From: Dehalococcoidia bacterium
Lineage (GTDB): Bacteria; Chloroflexota; Dehalococcoidia; Bin125
NCBI GenBank assembly: GCA_963663235.2
Contig: CAXXNO010000006.1
Span: 279,129 to 343,128, forward strand
DNA: 64,000 nt
Reading direction: 5' to 3'
Position numbers and translations under genes: made by a program. Shown here piece by piece: positions 19,244 through 27,175 of this stretch. The notes beneath the pieces are model-generated. The model was not told where the DNA came from, ran no database searches, and saw nothing but the letters and a program-made list of their open reading frames with translations. Each line of letters starts with the position of its first letter. Positions within the stretch are counted from its first letter, which is position 1.

Positions 19244-20986
19244 TCACGGGCGATCGGCGTCAGCCGTCAAATCCGCTAGGACCTCCCGCATCAACTCGGC
19301 GGGCACGTCGGCGCGGATCACGGGGCGGCCGGGCTCCTCCAGCAGCACCCACTGGACTACGCCGCCGCGCACCTTCTTATCGCTGAAGATCGCGCTCTCG
19401 ACCGCGTCGGGGTCGACTCCAGAGGCGGATGAAGGCAAACCGAAGCGATTAAGGAGCGTGCGGTGGCGACTAACGATCGCACTATCCAGCAGGCCGAGGC
19501 GTCCGGCGATCATCGCCGCGCCGAGCAGCCCCACGCCGACCGCCTCGCCGTGGAGGAGGCGCTCATAGCCGGTGGCCACCTCCAGAGCGTGGGCGATGGT
19601 GTGGCCGTAGTTGAGGATCATGCGGAGCTGCGCCTCCCGCTCGTCGGCGGAGACGATCGCCGCCTTGATCGCGGCGTTGCGGGCAACGAGGTCGACGAGG
19701 CGATCGCGGTCAGCGCCGTCATCGCCGAGAGCAAGGAATGAGGCGGCGTCGCGCTCGAGGTCGTCGAGCATGGCGGGGTCGCGGATCCAGGCGTGCTTGA
19801 TCACCTCGGCGAAGCCCGCGCGGCGCTCCCGATCCGGCAAGGAGGTCAGCGTGGCGACGTCCGCGACCACGGCGCGGGGCGGATGAAAGGCGCCGACCAA
19901 GTTCTTGCCCGCAGGCAGGTCGATCGCCACCTTGCCGCCGATGGAGGCATCGACCATGGCGAGGAGCGTGGTCGGGAGGTGGACGAGCGCCATGCCGCGC
20001 AGGTAGGTCGCGGCGGCGGTCCCGGCCAGATCGCCCACCACGCCACCGCCCAGCGCCAGCACCGCGTCGCCGCGCTCGGCGCGCTCCCGCGCCAGCCAGT
20101 CGTAGATGCGGGCCAGTTGATCGAGGCTCTTGCTCGCTTCGCCGGGCGGGACGGCGAGAACGCGCACCTCGCGTCCGGCGGAGCGAAGCGTCGCCAGGAC
20201 GGGCTCTCCCAAGGTGTCGAGCACCGAAGCGTCCGCGACCAGGAAGAGACTAGCCCCCCCATCGCCGCTGAGGCCGACGGCGTCGAGTTTCTCCGGCAGG
20301 CGCTCCAGCAGTCCCCAACCCACGAAGACGGGGTAGAAGCCGTCACGCGCCCGCACAGTGCAGGCCACGTGGCCACCGAAATCGGGCGGAGCCGTGCTGA
20401 GAAGGCCGGGGCCGGCGGCGATGGCATCGAGGCGGGCTTGGGAGCGCAGCGCCCGCGGGTCATGGCGGTTGAGCGCGGAGACGATCTCGTCGACCACGGC
20501 GTCCACGTCGAGCGCATCGGTGCGCACGGTGAGGTCGGCCAAGGCGTAGAAGGGTTGTCGTGCCGCCTTGAGGTCGCGGATGCGTGCGAGCGAGTCGGGG
20601 GCGGCCAGCAGGGGCCGGACGTCGGGCGCCCCGGTCGTGCCGGTGCGCACGGCGATCGTGTCGACGCGAGCCTCCAGCGCCACGACCAGTCCGTCGTCGG
20701 CGAGCAGCCGCCGGCTCCCGGCGTCCATGAAAGCGCCGCCGCCCGTGGCGACAACGACGTCGCGTTCGGCGGCGGCGCGGCGGACCGCATCGCGCTCGCG
20801 GGAGCGGAAGGCAGCCTCGCCCTCGCGCGCGAAGATCTCGGTGATGGGGCGACCCGCCGCCTCCTCGATGAGAGCGTCGGTATCGAGCGCGCGCCGGTTC
20901 AAGCGGGACGCCAGGCCTTGCGCCACGGCGGACTTGCCCGTGCCGCTGAAGCCGATAAGCACGATGCGCCGCAGGTCGGGCGCCAT
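19244..20986 (-). CDS. aroB: Bifunctional shikimate kinase / 3-dehydroquinate synthase (AroK-AroB fusion)
   Basis: N-terminal GFSGTGKS, GEAAFR, ATGGG. C-terminal GGGVVGD, PTTLLAMVDASIGGK, LNYGHT, LLHGEAV. Start ATG 20986 overlaps the aroC stop. Confidence 0.95.
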   Translation of the reverse strand: MAPDLRRIVLIGFSGTGKSAVAQGLASRLNRRALDTDALIEEAAGRPITEIFAREGEAAFRSRERDAVRRAAAERDVVVATGGGAFMDAGSRRLLADDGLVVALEARVDTIAVRTGTTGAPDVRPLLAAPDSLARIRDLKAARQPFYALADLTVRTDALDVDAVVDEIVSALNRHDPRALRSQARLDAIAAGPGLLSTAPPDFGGHVACTVRARDGFYPVFVGWGLLERLPEKLDAVGLSGDGGASLFLVADASVLDTLGEPVLATLRSAGREVRVLAVPPGEASKSLDQLARIYDWLARERAERGDAVLALGGGVVGDLAGTAAATYLRGMALVHLPTTLLAMVDASIGGKVAIDLPAGKNLVGAFHPPRAVVADVATLTSLPDRERRAGFAEVIKHAWIRDPAMLDDLERDAASFLALGDDGADRDRLVDLVARNAAIKAAIVSADEREAQLRMILNYGHTIAHALEVATGYERLLHGEAVGVGLLGAAMIAGRLGLLDSAIVSRHRTLLNRFGLPSSASGVDPDAVESAIFSDKKVRGGVVQWVLLEEPGRPVIRADVPAELMREVLADLTADADRP

Positions 20987-22203
20987 CAGTCGTCCGTCTG
21001 CGGGCCGCCCGACTGAGCGCGCGGGCCGAGCGTGGCCTGGAAGGCCTCGAAGTTTCGGCGCGTCTCGGCAAGGCTGTCCCCGCCGTGCTTCTCCAGGAAG
21101 GCGTCGGCCAAGACCAGCGCCAGCATCGCCTCCACGATCACCCCAGCCGCGGGGACCACGCACACATCGGAGCGCTCGTAGTGCGCCTCCACCGCCTCGC
21201 CGGTGTCGAGGTCCACCGAGGGGAGCGGCTTGGCGAGCGTGGCGATGGGCTTCACGGCCACGCGCACGATCAGGTCTTCACCCGTGGTCGTGCCGCCCTC
21301 GATGCCGCCGTGGTTGTTGGTCAGATGTGGCCAAGGGCGGTCGCTCCACTGCTCGCGGGGCGCGATCACATCGTGCACCTGGGAGCCGCGCCGGCCGGCG
21401 CTGCGAAAGCCCGCGCCAATCTCCACACCCTTGAACGCGTTCATGCTCATGAGCGCTTGCGCCAAGCGCCCGTCCAGTTTGCGGTCCCAGTGCACGTGGC
21501 TGCCCAGGCCAATCGGCACACCAGTCACGCGCCCCTCCACCACGCCGCCGATGGAGTCACCATCGGCCTTGGCGGCGTCGATGGCGGCGACCATGCGGGC
21601 AGCCGCATCTGGGTCGGCACAGCGCACGGGCGACTCTTCGGCCGCAGCCCAGTCGACTGAGTCGCCGGGCTCCGCCGTGGTCTCGCCGATCTGGACCACA
21701 TGACTGAAAAAGCGAAGCCCAAACTCCTCCAGGAAGCGGCGGGCCACGGCCCCGGCGGCGACGCGTGCGGCGCTCTCTCGCGCGCTGGCACGCTCCAGCG
21801 CGTCGCGGACGTCGTCGAAGCCGTACTTGAGCGAGGCGGGCAGGTCGGCGTGACCGGGGCGCAAGCGGGTGACGCGGCCGACCTCCACGTCGACGGGCGA
21901 GCGGCTCATCGTCTCCGTCCAGGGGCGGCCGTCCGGGCCCTTGCCGGCGGCGTGGTCGCGGTTCTCGATCCAGAGCGCGACGGGGCTGCCGAGCGTGCGG
22001 CCGTGGCGGACCCCCGCGCGGATCTGGGCATGGTCAGACTCGATCTTCATGCGCCCGCCACGGCCGTGGCCCTTCTGCCGCCGCGCCAGTTGCGCGCGGA
22101 TGAACTCCTCGTCGAGAGGCACGCGGGCCGGCAGCCCCTCGATGATCACCGTGAGTCCGGGACCGTGCGACTCCCCAGCGGTGAACCAGCGGAAGCGTCC
22201 CAT
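20986..22203 (-). CDS. aroC: Chorismate synthase
   Basis: TAGESHG, RPGHAD, ERASARE, GGIEGG, ERSDVC. Confidence 0.97.
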   Translation of the reverse strand: MGRFRWFTAGESHGPGLTVIIEGLPARVPLDEEFIRAQLARRQKGHGRGGRMKIESDHAQIRAGVRHGRTLGSPVALWIENRDHAAGKGPDGRPWTETMSRSPVDVEVGRVTRLRPGHADLPASLKYGFDDVRDALERASARESAARVAAGAVARRFLEEFGLRFFSHVVQIGETTAEPGDSVDWAAAEESPVRCADPDAAARMVAAIDAAKADGDSIGGVVEGRVTGVPIGLGSHVHWDRKLDGRLAQALMSMNAFKGVEIGAGFRSAGRRGSQVHDVIAPREQWSDRPWPHLTNNHGGIEGGTTTGEDLIVRVAVKPIATLAKPLPSVDLDTGEAVEAHYERSDVCVVPAAGVIVEAMLALVLADAFLEKHGGDSLAETRRNFEAFQATLGPRAQSGGPQTDD

Positions 22204-22213
22204 CGATCCCTCC

Positions 22214-22909
22214 TCAGCGCGGCCGCGCGGAGCGACCAGCATCGGCGCCCGCGGCCACGTCCGCCTCGAGATCCTCGCGCTCCTCCTCGACAGGCTGCGG
22301 AGGCGGCGGTAGCTCGATGGCCAGCGGCTCACCCGAGTCGCTGAGACGGTAGAGCGGGGAAAAGGTCTGCATGATCTCGTCGGGCGACGCCCAGTCCCAG
22401 TCGAGCGGGGCGGCAGTCTCACGGTCGGCAGTCAGCGAAAGGATGGGCCGGGGCACAGCAACGCCGCTTTCGTCGCGGAAGGTGGTGTAGACATCGACGC
22501 GGACATGCGTCGGCCGCAGGTTGGGAACGTCGTAGAGGATCATCTCGATCAAAAGGGCGGCCGTGGCGAAGGCGGTGTCGAGCGCGGTCGCCACCTGCAT
22601 CCGCTTGCCCTCGACCAGCCGGAACTCCGCTTCGGCAGTGCTGCTGACGTACACGAGCCGTCTGGTCCCGTAGATCAGCTCCATGCCCTGCACGCCAGCC
22701 CAGATAGCAGCGCTCACCCTTTTCGGCGGGCGCTGCGCCTGCCAGCGATCGATCTCGCCGGCGAGAATCTGGCCGATGGCGTCCAGGTCGCCCTCGTCCA
22801 CGAGCCGGCGCCAGAAGAGATGCGTCCGCACCTCCTTGAAGATGACGATGCCAACGAGCACGAAGAGCACGAAGAGCACGATGGCGGCGATGAAGGGTGC
22901 GTTGCTCAC
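22214..22909 (-). CDS. Hypothetical N-terminally membrane-anchored protein
   Basis: GTG start overlaps the aroE stop (GTGA) with SD GGAGAGG. Hydrophobic helix PFIAAIVLFVLFVLVGIVIF. Confidence 0.75.
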   Translation of the reverse strand: MSNAPFIAAIVLFVLFVLVGIVIFKEVRTHLFWRRLVDEGDLDAIGQILAGEIDRWQAQRPPKRVSAAIWAGVQGMELIYGTRRLVYVSSTAEAEFRLVEGKRMQVATALDTAFATAALLIEMILYDVPNLRPTHVRVDVYTTFRDESGVAVPRPILSLTADRETAAPLDWDWASPDEIMQTFSPLYRLSDSGEPLAIELPPPPQPVEEEREDLEADVAAGADAGRSARPR

Positions 22910-23784
22910 GTCGCCTCTCCCAAGGGAGCGGAGGTTTGCCCCATCGCCGCCTCCGCAGCGGCGAACATCGTGGCTAGGGGAGCGGGCCGCCCCGTCCACA
23001 ACTCGAACGAGGCGGCGCCCTGATGGACCAGCATCGGCAAGCCGCCGAGCGCCGGATGGCCGGCGCCGCGCGCGGCGGCGACCAGCGACGTCTCGGAGGG
23101 GTTCGCGACCAGGTCCACCACGGCCGCGCCCGGCGGCAGGGCGCTCACGTCGAACGGCATCACGCCCGCATTATCGCTCCCCAGTATCCCAACCGGCGTG
23201 CAATTCACCGCCAGGTCACAATCGCGCAGGGCGGCGGCCGTCTCCGGGTCATCGCCGGCGTAAGCGCGCAGGCGCAGGTCGCCGGGGTGACCGGCGAGGT
23301 GGTGTCGCAAGCGCCCGGCGCGCGCGGGCGTGCGGTTGACGATGGTGATGGCTCTAACGCCGCGCCCGATGAGTGCCCAGGCCACCGCGCGGGCCGAGCC
23401 GCCCGCACCCCAGAGCAGCGCGTGCGCGCCCCGCGGTTCGATCCCCGCCTCACGAAGGGCCGTTTGGAATCCGCTCACGTCCGTGTTGTAGCCCTCCAAC
23501 GATCCGTCGCTGTTGACGATGGTATTGACCGCGCCCACGGAGCGGGCGGTCTCATGCAGCCGGTCGACGTGCCGAGCGGCGGCCTCCTTATAGGGAATGG
23601 TGACGTTGGCGCCGAGGGCGTCGGCGTCGCGCAGGGTGGCGATGGTCGCCGCCAGGTCGTCGGCCTGGACGTCCCAGGCCTCGTAGCGGGCGTCGAACCC
23701 GATCGCGTCCAAGGCGGCCTGCTGGAAGGTGGGCGACACACTGTGCCCCACGGGATGGCCGATCACGCCGAGGCGGGCCGTCAT
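22906..23784 (-). CDS. aroE: Shikimate dehydrogenase
   Basis: HSVSP, GANVTIPYK, GAVNT, NTDVSGF, GAGGSARA, MLVHQGA. Confidence 0.96.
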   Translation of the reverse strand: MTARLGVIGHPVGHSVSPTFQQAALDAIGFDARYEAWDVQADDLAATIATLRDADALGANVTIPYKEAAARHVDRLHETARSVGAVNTIVNSDGSLEGYNTDVSGFQTALREAGIEPRGAHALLWGAGGSARAVAWALIGRGVRAITIVNRTPARAGRLRHHLAGHPGDLRLRAYAGDDPETAAALRDCDLAVNCTPVGILGSDNAGVMPFDVSALPPGAAVVDLVANPSETSLVAAARGAGHPALGGLPMLVHQGAASFELWTGRPAPLATMFAAAEAAMGQTSAPLGEAT

Positions 23785-24890
23785 TCGGCCTCCTCGCTCT
23801 CACCCTCGTCCGCCGGCTCCAGGATCACCCCCTGGAACACCTCCACGTTGCGCAGATGCTCCTCGAAGGTCGTGGCGAAGACGTGGGAGCCGTCGCCGCG
23901 CGCGACGAAGAAGAGGAAGGTGGTCGCCGCCGGCTGGATGGCCGCGTCGATGGCGGCGGCGCCAGGGTTGGCGATGGGGCCCAGCGGCAGTCCGACGCGG
24001 AAATAGGTGTTGTAGGCCGATGGGACCCGCAAGTCGTCGAGCGTCAGGGCCTCTTTCCAGTAGCCGAAGCGCTCTACGTTGCCGGGGATTTGGGCGAGCG
24101 CGTACTGCACGGTGGGGTCCGCTTGCAGCCTCATGTTCTGGGCCAGCCGGTTGACGAAGACCGAGGCGATTACGCCGCGTTCCGTCTTTTCGACCGCCTC
24201 GCGTTCCACGATCGACGCCAAGGTCAGGACTCCGTGCACGGTGGCGCCCGACCGCACGAGATCCTGTCGCCGCTCCAAGGGGAACTCTTGATCCAAGCGC
24301 TCCAGGAACTGCCGCACCACATCGTCGGCGGTGGCTCGCAGGGAGAAGGCATAGGTGGCGGGGAAAAGATAGCCATCGAGGGATGTGCCGAGCGGCCGTT
24401 CGGCCGCCAAAGTCCCGCGCCAGTTGTCGGGATTGCGGGCCGCCGCCAGGAAGTCGGCGCGAGAAACGACATTGTGCTCCGCCAGGATGTCCGCGACCTC
24501 CTCCAGCCGCTTCCCTTCTGGAACGGTCACGACCAAGGGGGAGGTGACGCCGTCACGCAAGCGTCGCAGCACCTCCATGGTGTTGATGCCCGGCTCGAAG
24601 TCGTAGGCGCCAGCCTTCAGCAGGTCCTGGAAGCCGAGCAGGGCGGCCAAAACCTCGAACTGGCGCGATGAGCGGATCACGCCCTGCTCCTCCAGGGCGT
24701 CCGCGATGCCGGCCGCGCTGTCGCCGGGCTGGATCACCACCGTGACCACGTCACGCGGGGGCAAGGGCTCGCTCTCCGACGCCGGGGTCTCGTCGCCGAA
24801 AGCGCTGCCGGGCACGCCCATCGAGAGCAAGATGGCGACGCCGGTGAGGGCCGAGGCGACGAAGACGCTGAGGAGCCAGATGTAGCGCAT
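23781..24890 (-). CDS. mltG: Endolytic transglycosylase (YceG family)
   Basis: N-terminal TM, TVPEG, GYLFPATY, LASIVEREA, LQADPTVQY, YNTY, GPIANPG. Confidence 0.96.
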   Translation of the reverse strand: MRYIWLLSVFVASALTGVAILLSMGVPGSAFGDETPASESEPLPPRDVVTVVIQPGDSAAGIADALEEQGVIRSSRQFEVLAALLGFQDLLKAGAYDFEPGINTMEVLRRLRDGVTSPLVVTVPEGKRLEEVADILAEHNVVSRADFLAAARNPDNWRGTLAAERPLGTSLDGYLFPATYAFSLRATADDVVRQFLERLDQEFPLERRQDLVRSGATVHGVLTLASIVEREAVEKTERGVIASVFVNRLAQNMRLQADPTVQYALAQIPGNVERFGYWKEALTLDDLRVPSAYNTYFRVGLPLGPIANPGAAAIDAAIQPAATTFLFFVARGDGSHVFATTFEEHLRNVEVFQGVILEPADEGESEEAE

Positions 24891-24904
24891 GGATCGCCGC
24901 CGCT

Positions 24905-25399
24905 CTACCGCTGCCCCTGCGGGGGCTCCACGACGGCGTCGGCAGCGGGCGTGAGCGTGGGCCGGTCGGCGTCCAGCCAGCGCTGCAGGATGGCCGCGGC
25001 GGCCGTGGCGTGGTGAACTTGACGCCGCTTGCGGTGCTCAGCCGGACGGAGGCGACGCCGCCGGCTTCGCGGCGCGTGTGTCTCCGGCGGCGGCGTTATC
25101 GGATTCGAGTAGCGCTCATCGACCGCGATGGCCGGCAGAGCGAGGGCCTCGGCCAACCGCTCGCCGTAGCGACGAAAGCGCGCGGCCTGCGCGTTCTCGA
25201 CGCCATCGGGGTCGACGGGCACACCCAGCAGCACCAAGCCGGCGCCCTCCGGGCCGAGGAGCCCGCGGATGGTGGCCGCGCCCCCATCCGGCTCGTCGCG
25301 CCGATCGAGAGTGGTGAGCGGGAGCGCCAGGCGTCCGTCGTCATCGCAGATCGCGACGCCAACCCAGCGCTCGCCGGGATCGATTGCCAGCACTCGCAC
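24905..25399 (-). CDS. ruvX: Holliday junction resolvase-like / pre-16S rRNA nuclease YqgF
   Basis: VLAIDPGERWVGVAI, VDERYS, AAAAILQRWLD, in alaS-mltG context. Confidence 0.9.
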   Translation of the reverse strand: MRVLAIDPGERWVGVAICDDDGRLALPLTTLDRRDEPDGGAATIRGLLGPEGAGLVLLGVPVDPDGVENAQAARFRRYGERLAEALALPAIAVDERYSNPITPPPETHAPRSRRRRLRPAEHRKRRQVHHATAAAAILQRWLDADRPTLTPAADAVVEPPQGQR

Positions 25400-25418
25400 G
25401 CCGTGGATCCTCCGTTCG

Positions 25419-27170
25419 TTAGCCGGGTTCCGCCGGCTGGGGCTCCACCGTCAGGATCTCCACCTTGATGCGGAATCCAAAGGGCGGAAGGAGCGGCATC
25501 CAGCCCGGCGTCTGCTCAAGCTGCACCGGCCGCCGCAAAGTCAGGCTACGATTGAGCAACTCCTCGGCCGCCCCCGGCCGCTCCCATCGCACCGCGCGCT
25601 CGACCGCCTGGGGCACGATCGTCGCTGCCACGACGCCCTGCACCATCATATCGAACGTGATCTGGTCGAGGGCTTCATCGTAGGTCGCCTCGCCGAGCGC
25701 GCTTGCCGTCAGCGACTCGCGCACCACCTCGAAGCCGGAGCCCCGCTCGCGCCGGATCCGGCGGGCGGCCAGTTCGCGGATCTCATCGAGATCCACGCCC
25801 ACCACCGATACCAACCCGACCGTGGTGAGCTCCACCACGTCGGCAGGCTCGGTCAGCGGCGGATCGAACTCCTCGCGGAGCACCTCGAGGCGCGCGCTTG
25901 CCGGGTGGAACGTGAAGCGCCCTTGCGCCTGCGCCTCCAAGGCCCGGAGGCCGTGGTTGAGGAGGATTCGCTCACTCGTATCGCGCAGGCGATCGATCTG
26001 GGCAGGGCCCGCGCCCCGATCCCGCCGCACGGTGCCGCCCGTGAGCGAGACGGGAAGCGTGACGCTGACGCGGTCGATGAACTCGGCGCTCGGTACGAGC
26101 GGCGTCCCGGCCGCCAGGTTTGCCTCGGGCCCCGGCGTCTCCGCCTCCACCAGGACCAGAACCGCGGCGCCCTCCCCCGCCGGCAGCGTGGCGGGCGCGA
26201 GCGTGCCGAACGACGGACCGCTGCCTGCCGAGACCAGCGTCCCGGCGGGCAGATCGACCTGGGAGGCCGTAAGGTTCGCGAAGCGCACGGAGCCGCCGGC
26301 TGGGGCGTCAGGGACGGAGACGAAGCCCGTGCTGACGAGCGCGTCCCTGGCGTCGACTTCGACCGTGATGCGGCGCGCGGGGAGGACGCCTTCCTCAGGC
26401 GCCTCGCCCTCGGGCACCACGCGGGCCACCACGGACAAGGGGATGTCCACCGGCGTCAGCTCGGGCGCAAGGCGGATCGTGGCCGAGGGCGCGACCAGGC
26501 CCGCCGCCACGATCGCCCCGAGCAAGAGGGCCGTCAGGGACAGCGAGCGGATCACGAAGCCGAAGGCGGGGAGCGGCACCCGCACTACGCCGAGCCGGAG
26601 GTAGCGTGGGAGCAAGCGGCCGTCGCGGACCTCGCGGCCGCGCATCGAGCCGACGACGAGGAGCCCCTGCTTGCGCGCCAGGCGGCGCAGCTTGCTGCTG
26701 CGCGTCTCCAAGATCAGTCCGATCCGCGTCGCATCCACGTGGCGGCGGAGCAGGCGCATGCCCAGTTCCGAGCCCAGCGACGGATTGCGGCGGTGTATGC
26801 GCGCCACCACCGTACCGCCCGGCCGGGCGCTGAGCTTGGCGCGGATCGCGGCGATGTCATCGTTGCGACCGATCTGGACCGTGCGCACGTCGGCGCTTTC
26901 GTCCACCTCCGCTTCGGGCGCAGCAGGCAGAGCGGGCGCGACGCGTCGGGTCCGCCTGGGCACGCGAGCGCGCACCCGCGCAAACGCGGCGAGGACGCGG
27001 CGCCCGGTGTGCCGCGATCGATCAAACAGCGACCACAGGACACGTACGAGCCGGGCCAGCGCCGAGCGGGAGCGCGCGGCGCCGTGTCGGGCGGCGCGCA
27101 GCCACGAGCGCAGACGGCGCCAGGCGCGGAGCAGCTTGTCTCGAACGGTGTCGGCGAGATCAGCGGCCAT
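25419..27170 (-). CDS. Membrane protein with putative Baseplate-J-like extracellular region
   Basis: Basic N-terminus, then TM (LSLTALLLGAIVAAGLVAP), then SATIRL...AGGSVRFAN...LPAGTLV...VEAETPGPEANL...LTGG, a pattern recalled from Baseplate_J-annotated Chloroflexi/CPR proteins. Confidence 0.65.
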   Translation of the reverse strand: MAADLADTVRDKLLRAWRRLRSWLRAARHGAARSRSALARLVRVLWSLFDRSRHTGRRVLAAFARVRARVPRRTRRVAPALPAAPEAEVDESADVRTVQIGRNDDIAAIRAKLSARPGGTVVARIHRRNPSLGSELGMRLLRRHVDATRIGLILETRSSKLRRLARKQGLLVVGSMRGREVRDGRLLPRYLRLGVVRVPLPAFGFVIRSLSLTALLLGAIVAAGLVAPSATIRLAPELTPVDIPLSVVARVVPEGEAPEEGVLPARRITVEVDARDALVSTGFVSVPDAPAGGSVRFANLTASQVDLPAGTLVSAGSGPSFGTLAPATLPAGEGAAVLVLVEAETPGPEANLAAGTPLVPSAEFIDRVSVTLPVSLTGGTVRRDRGAGPAQIDRLRDTSERILLNHGLRALEAQAQGRFTFHPASARLEVLREEFDPPLTEPADVVELTTVGLVSVVGVDLDEIRELAARRIRRERGSGFEVVRESLTASALGEATYDEALDQITFDMMVQGVVAATIVPQAVERAVRWERPGAAEELLNRSLTLRRPVQLEQTPGWMPLLPPFGFRIKVEILTVEPQPAEPG

Positions 27171-27175
27171 GATCG

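Noticed and set aside
25419-27170. Baseplate-like gene as evidence of a prophage or contractile injection system
   Set aside because: No sheath, tube, capsid or other structural genes nearby; it has a TM helix and lies in a core operon.
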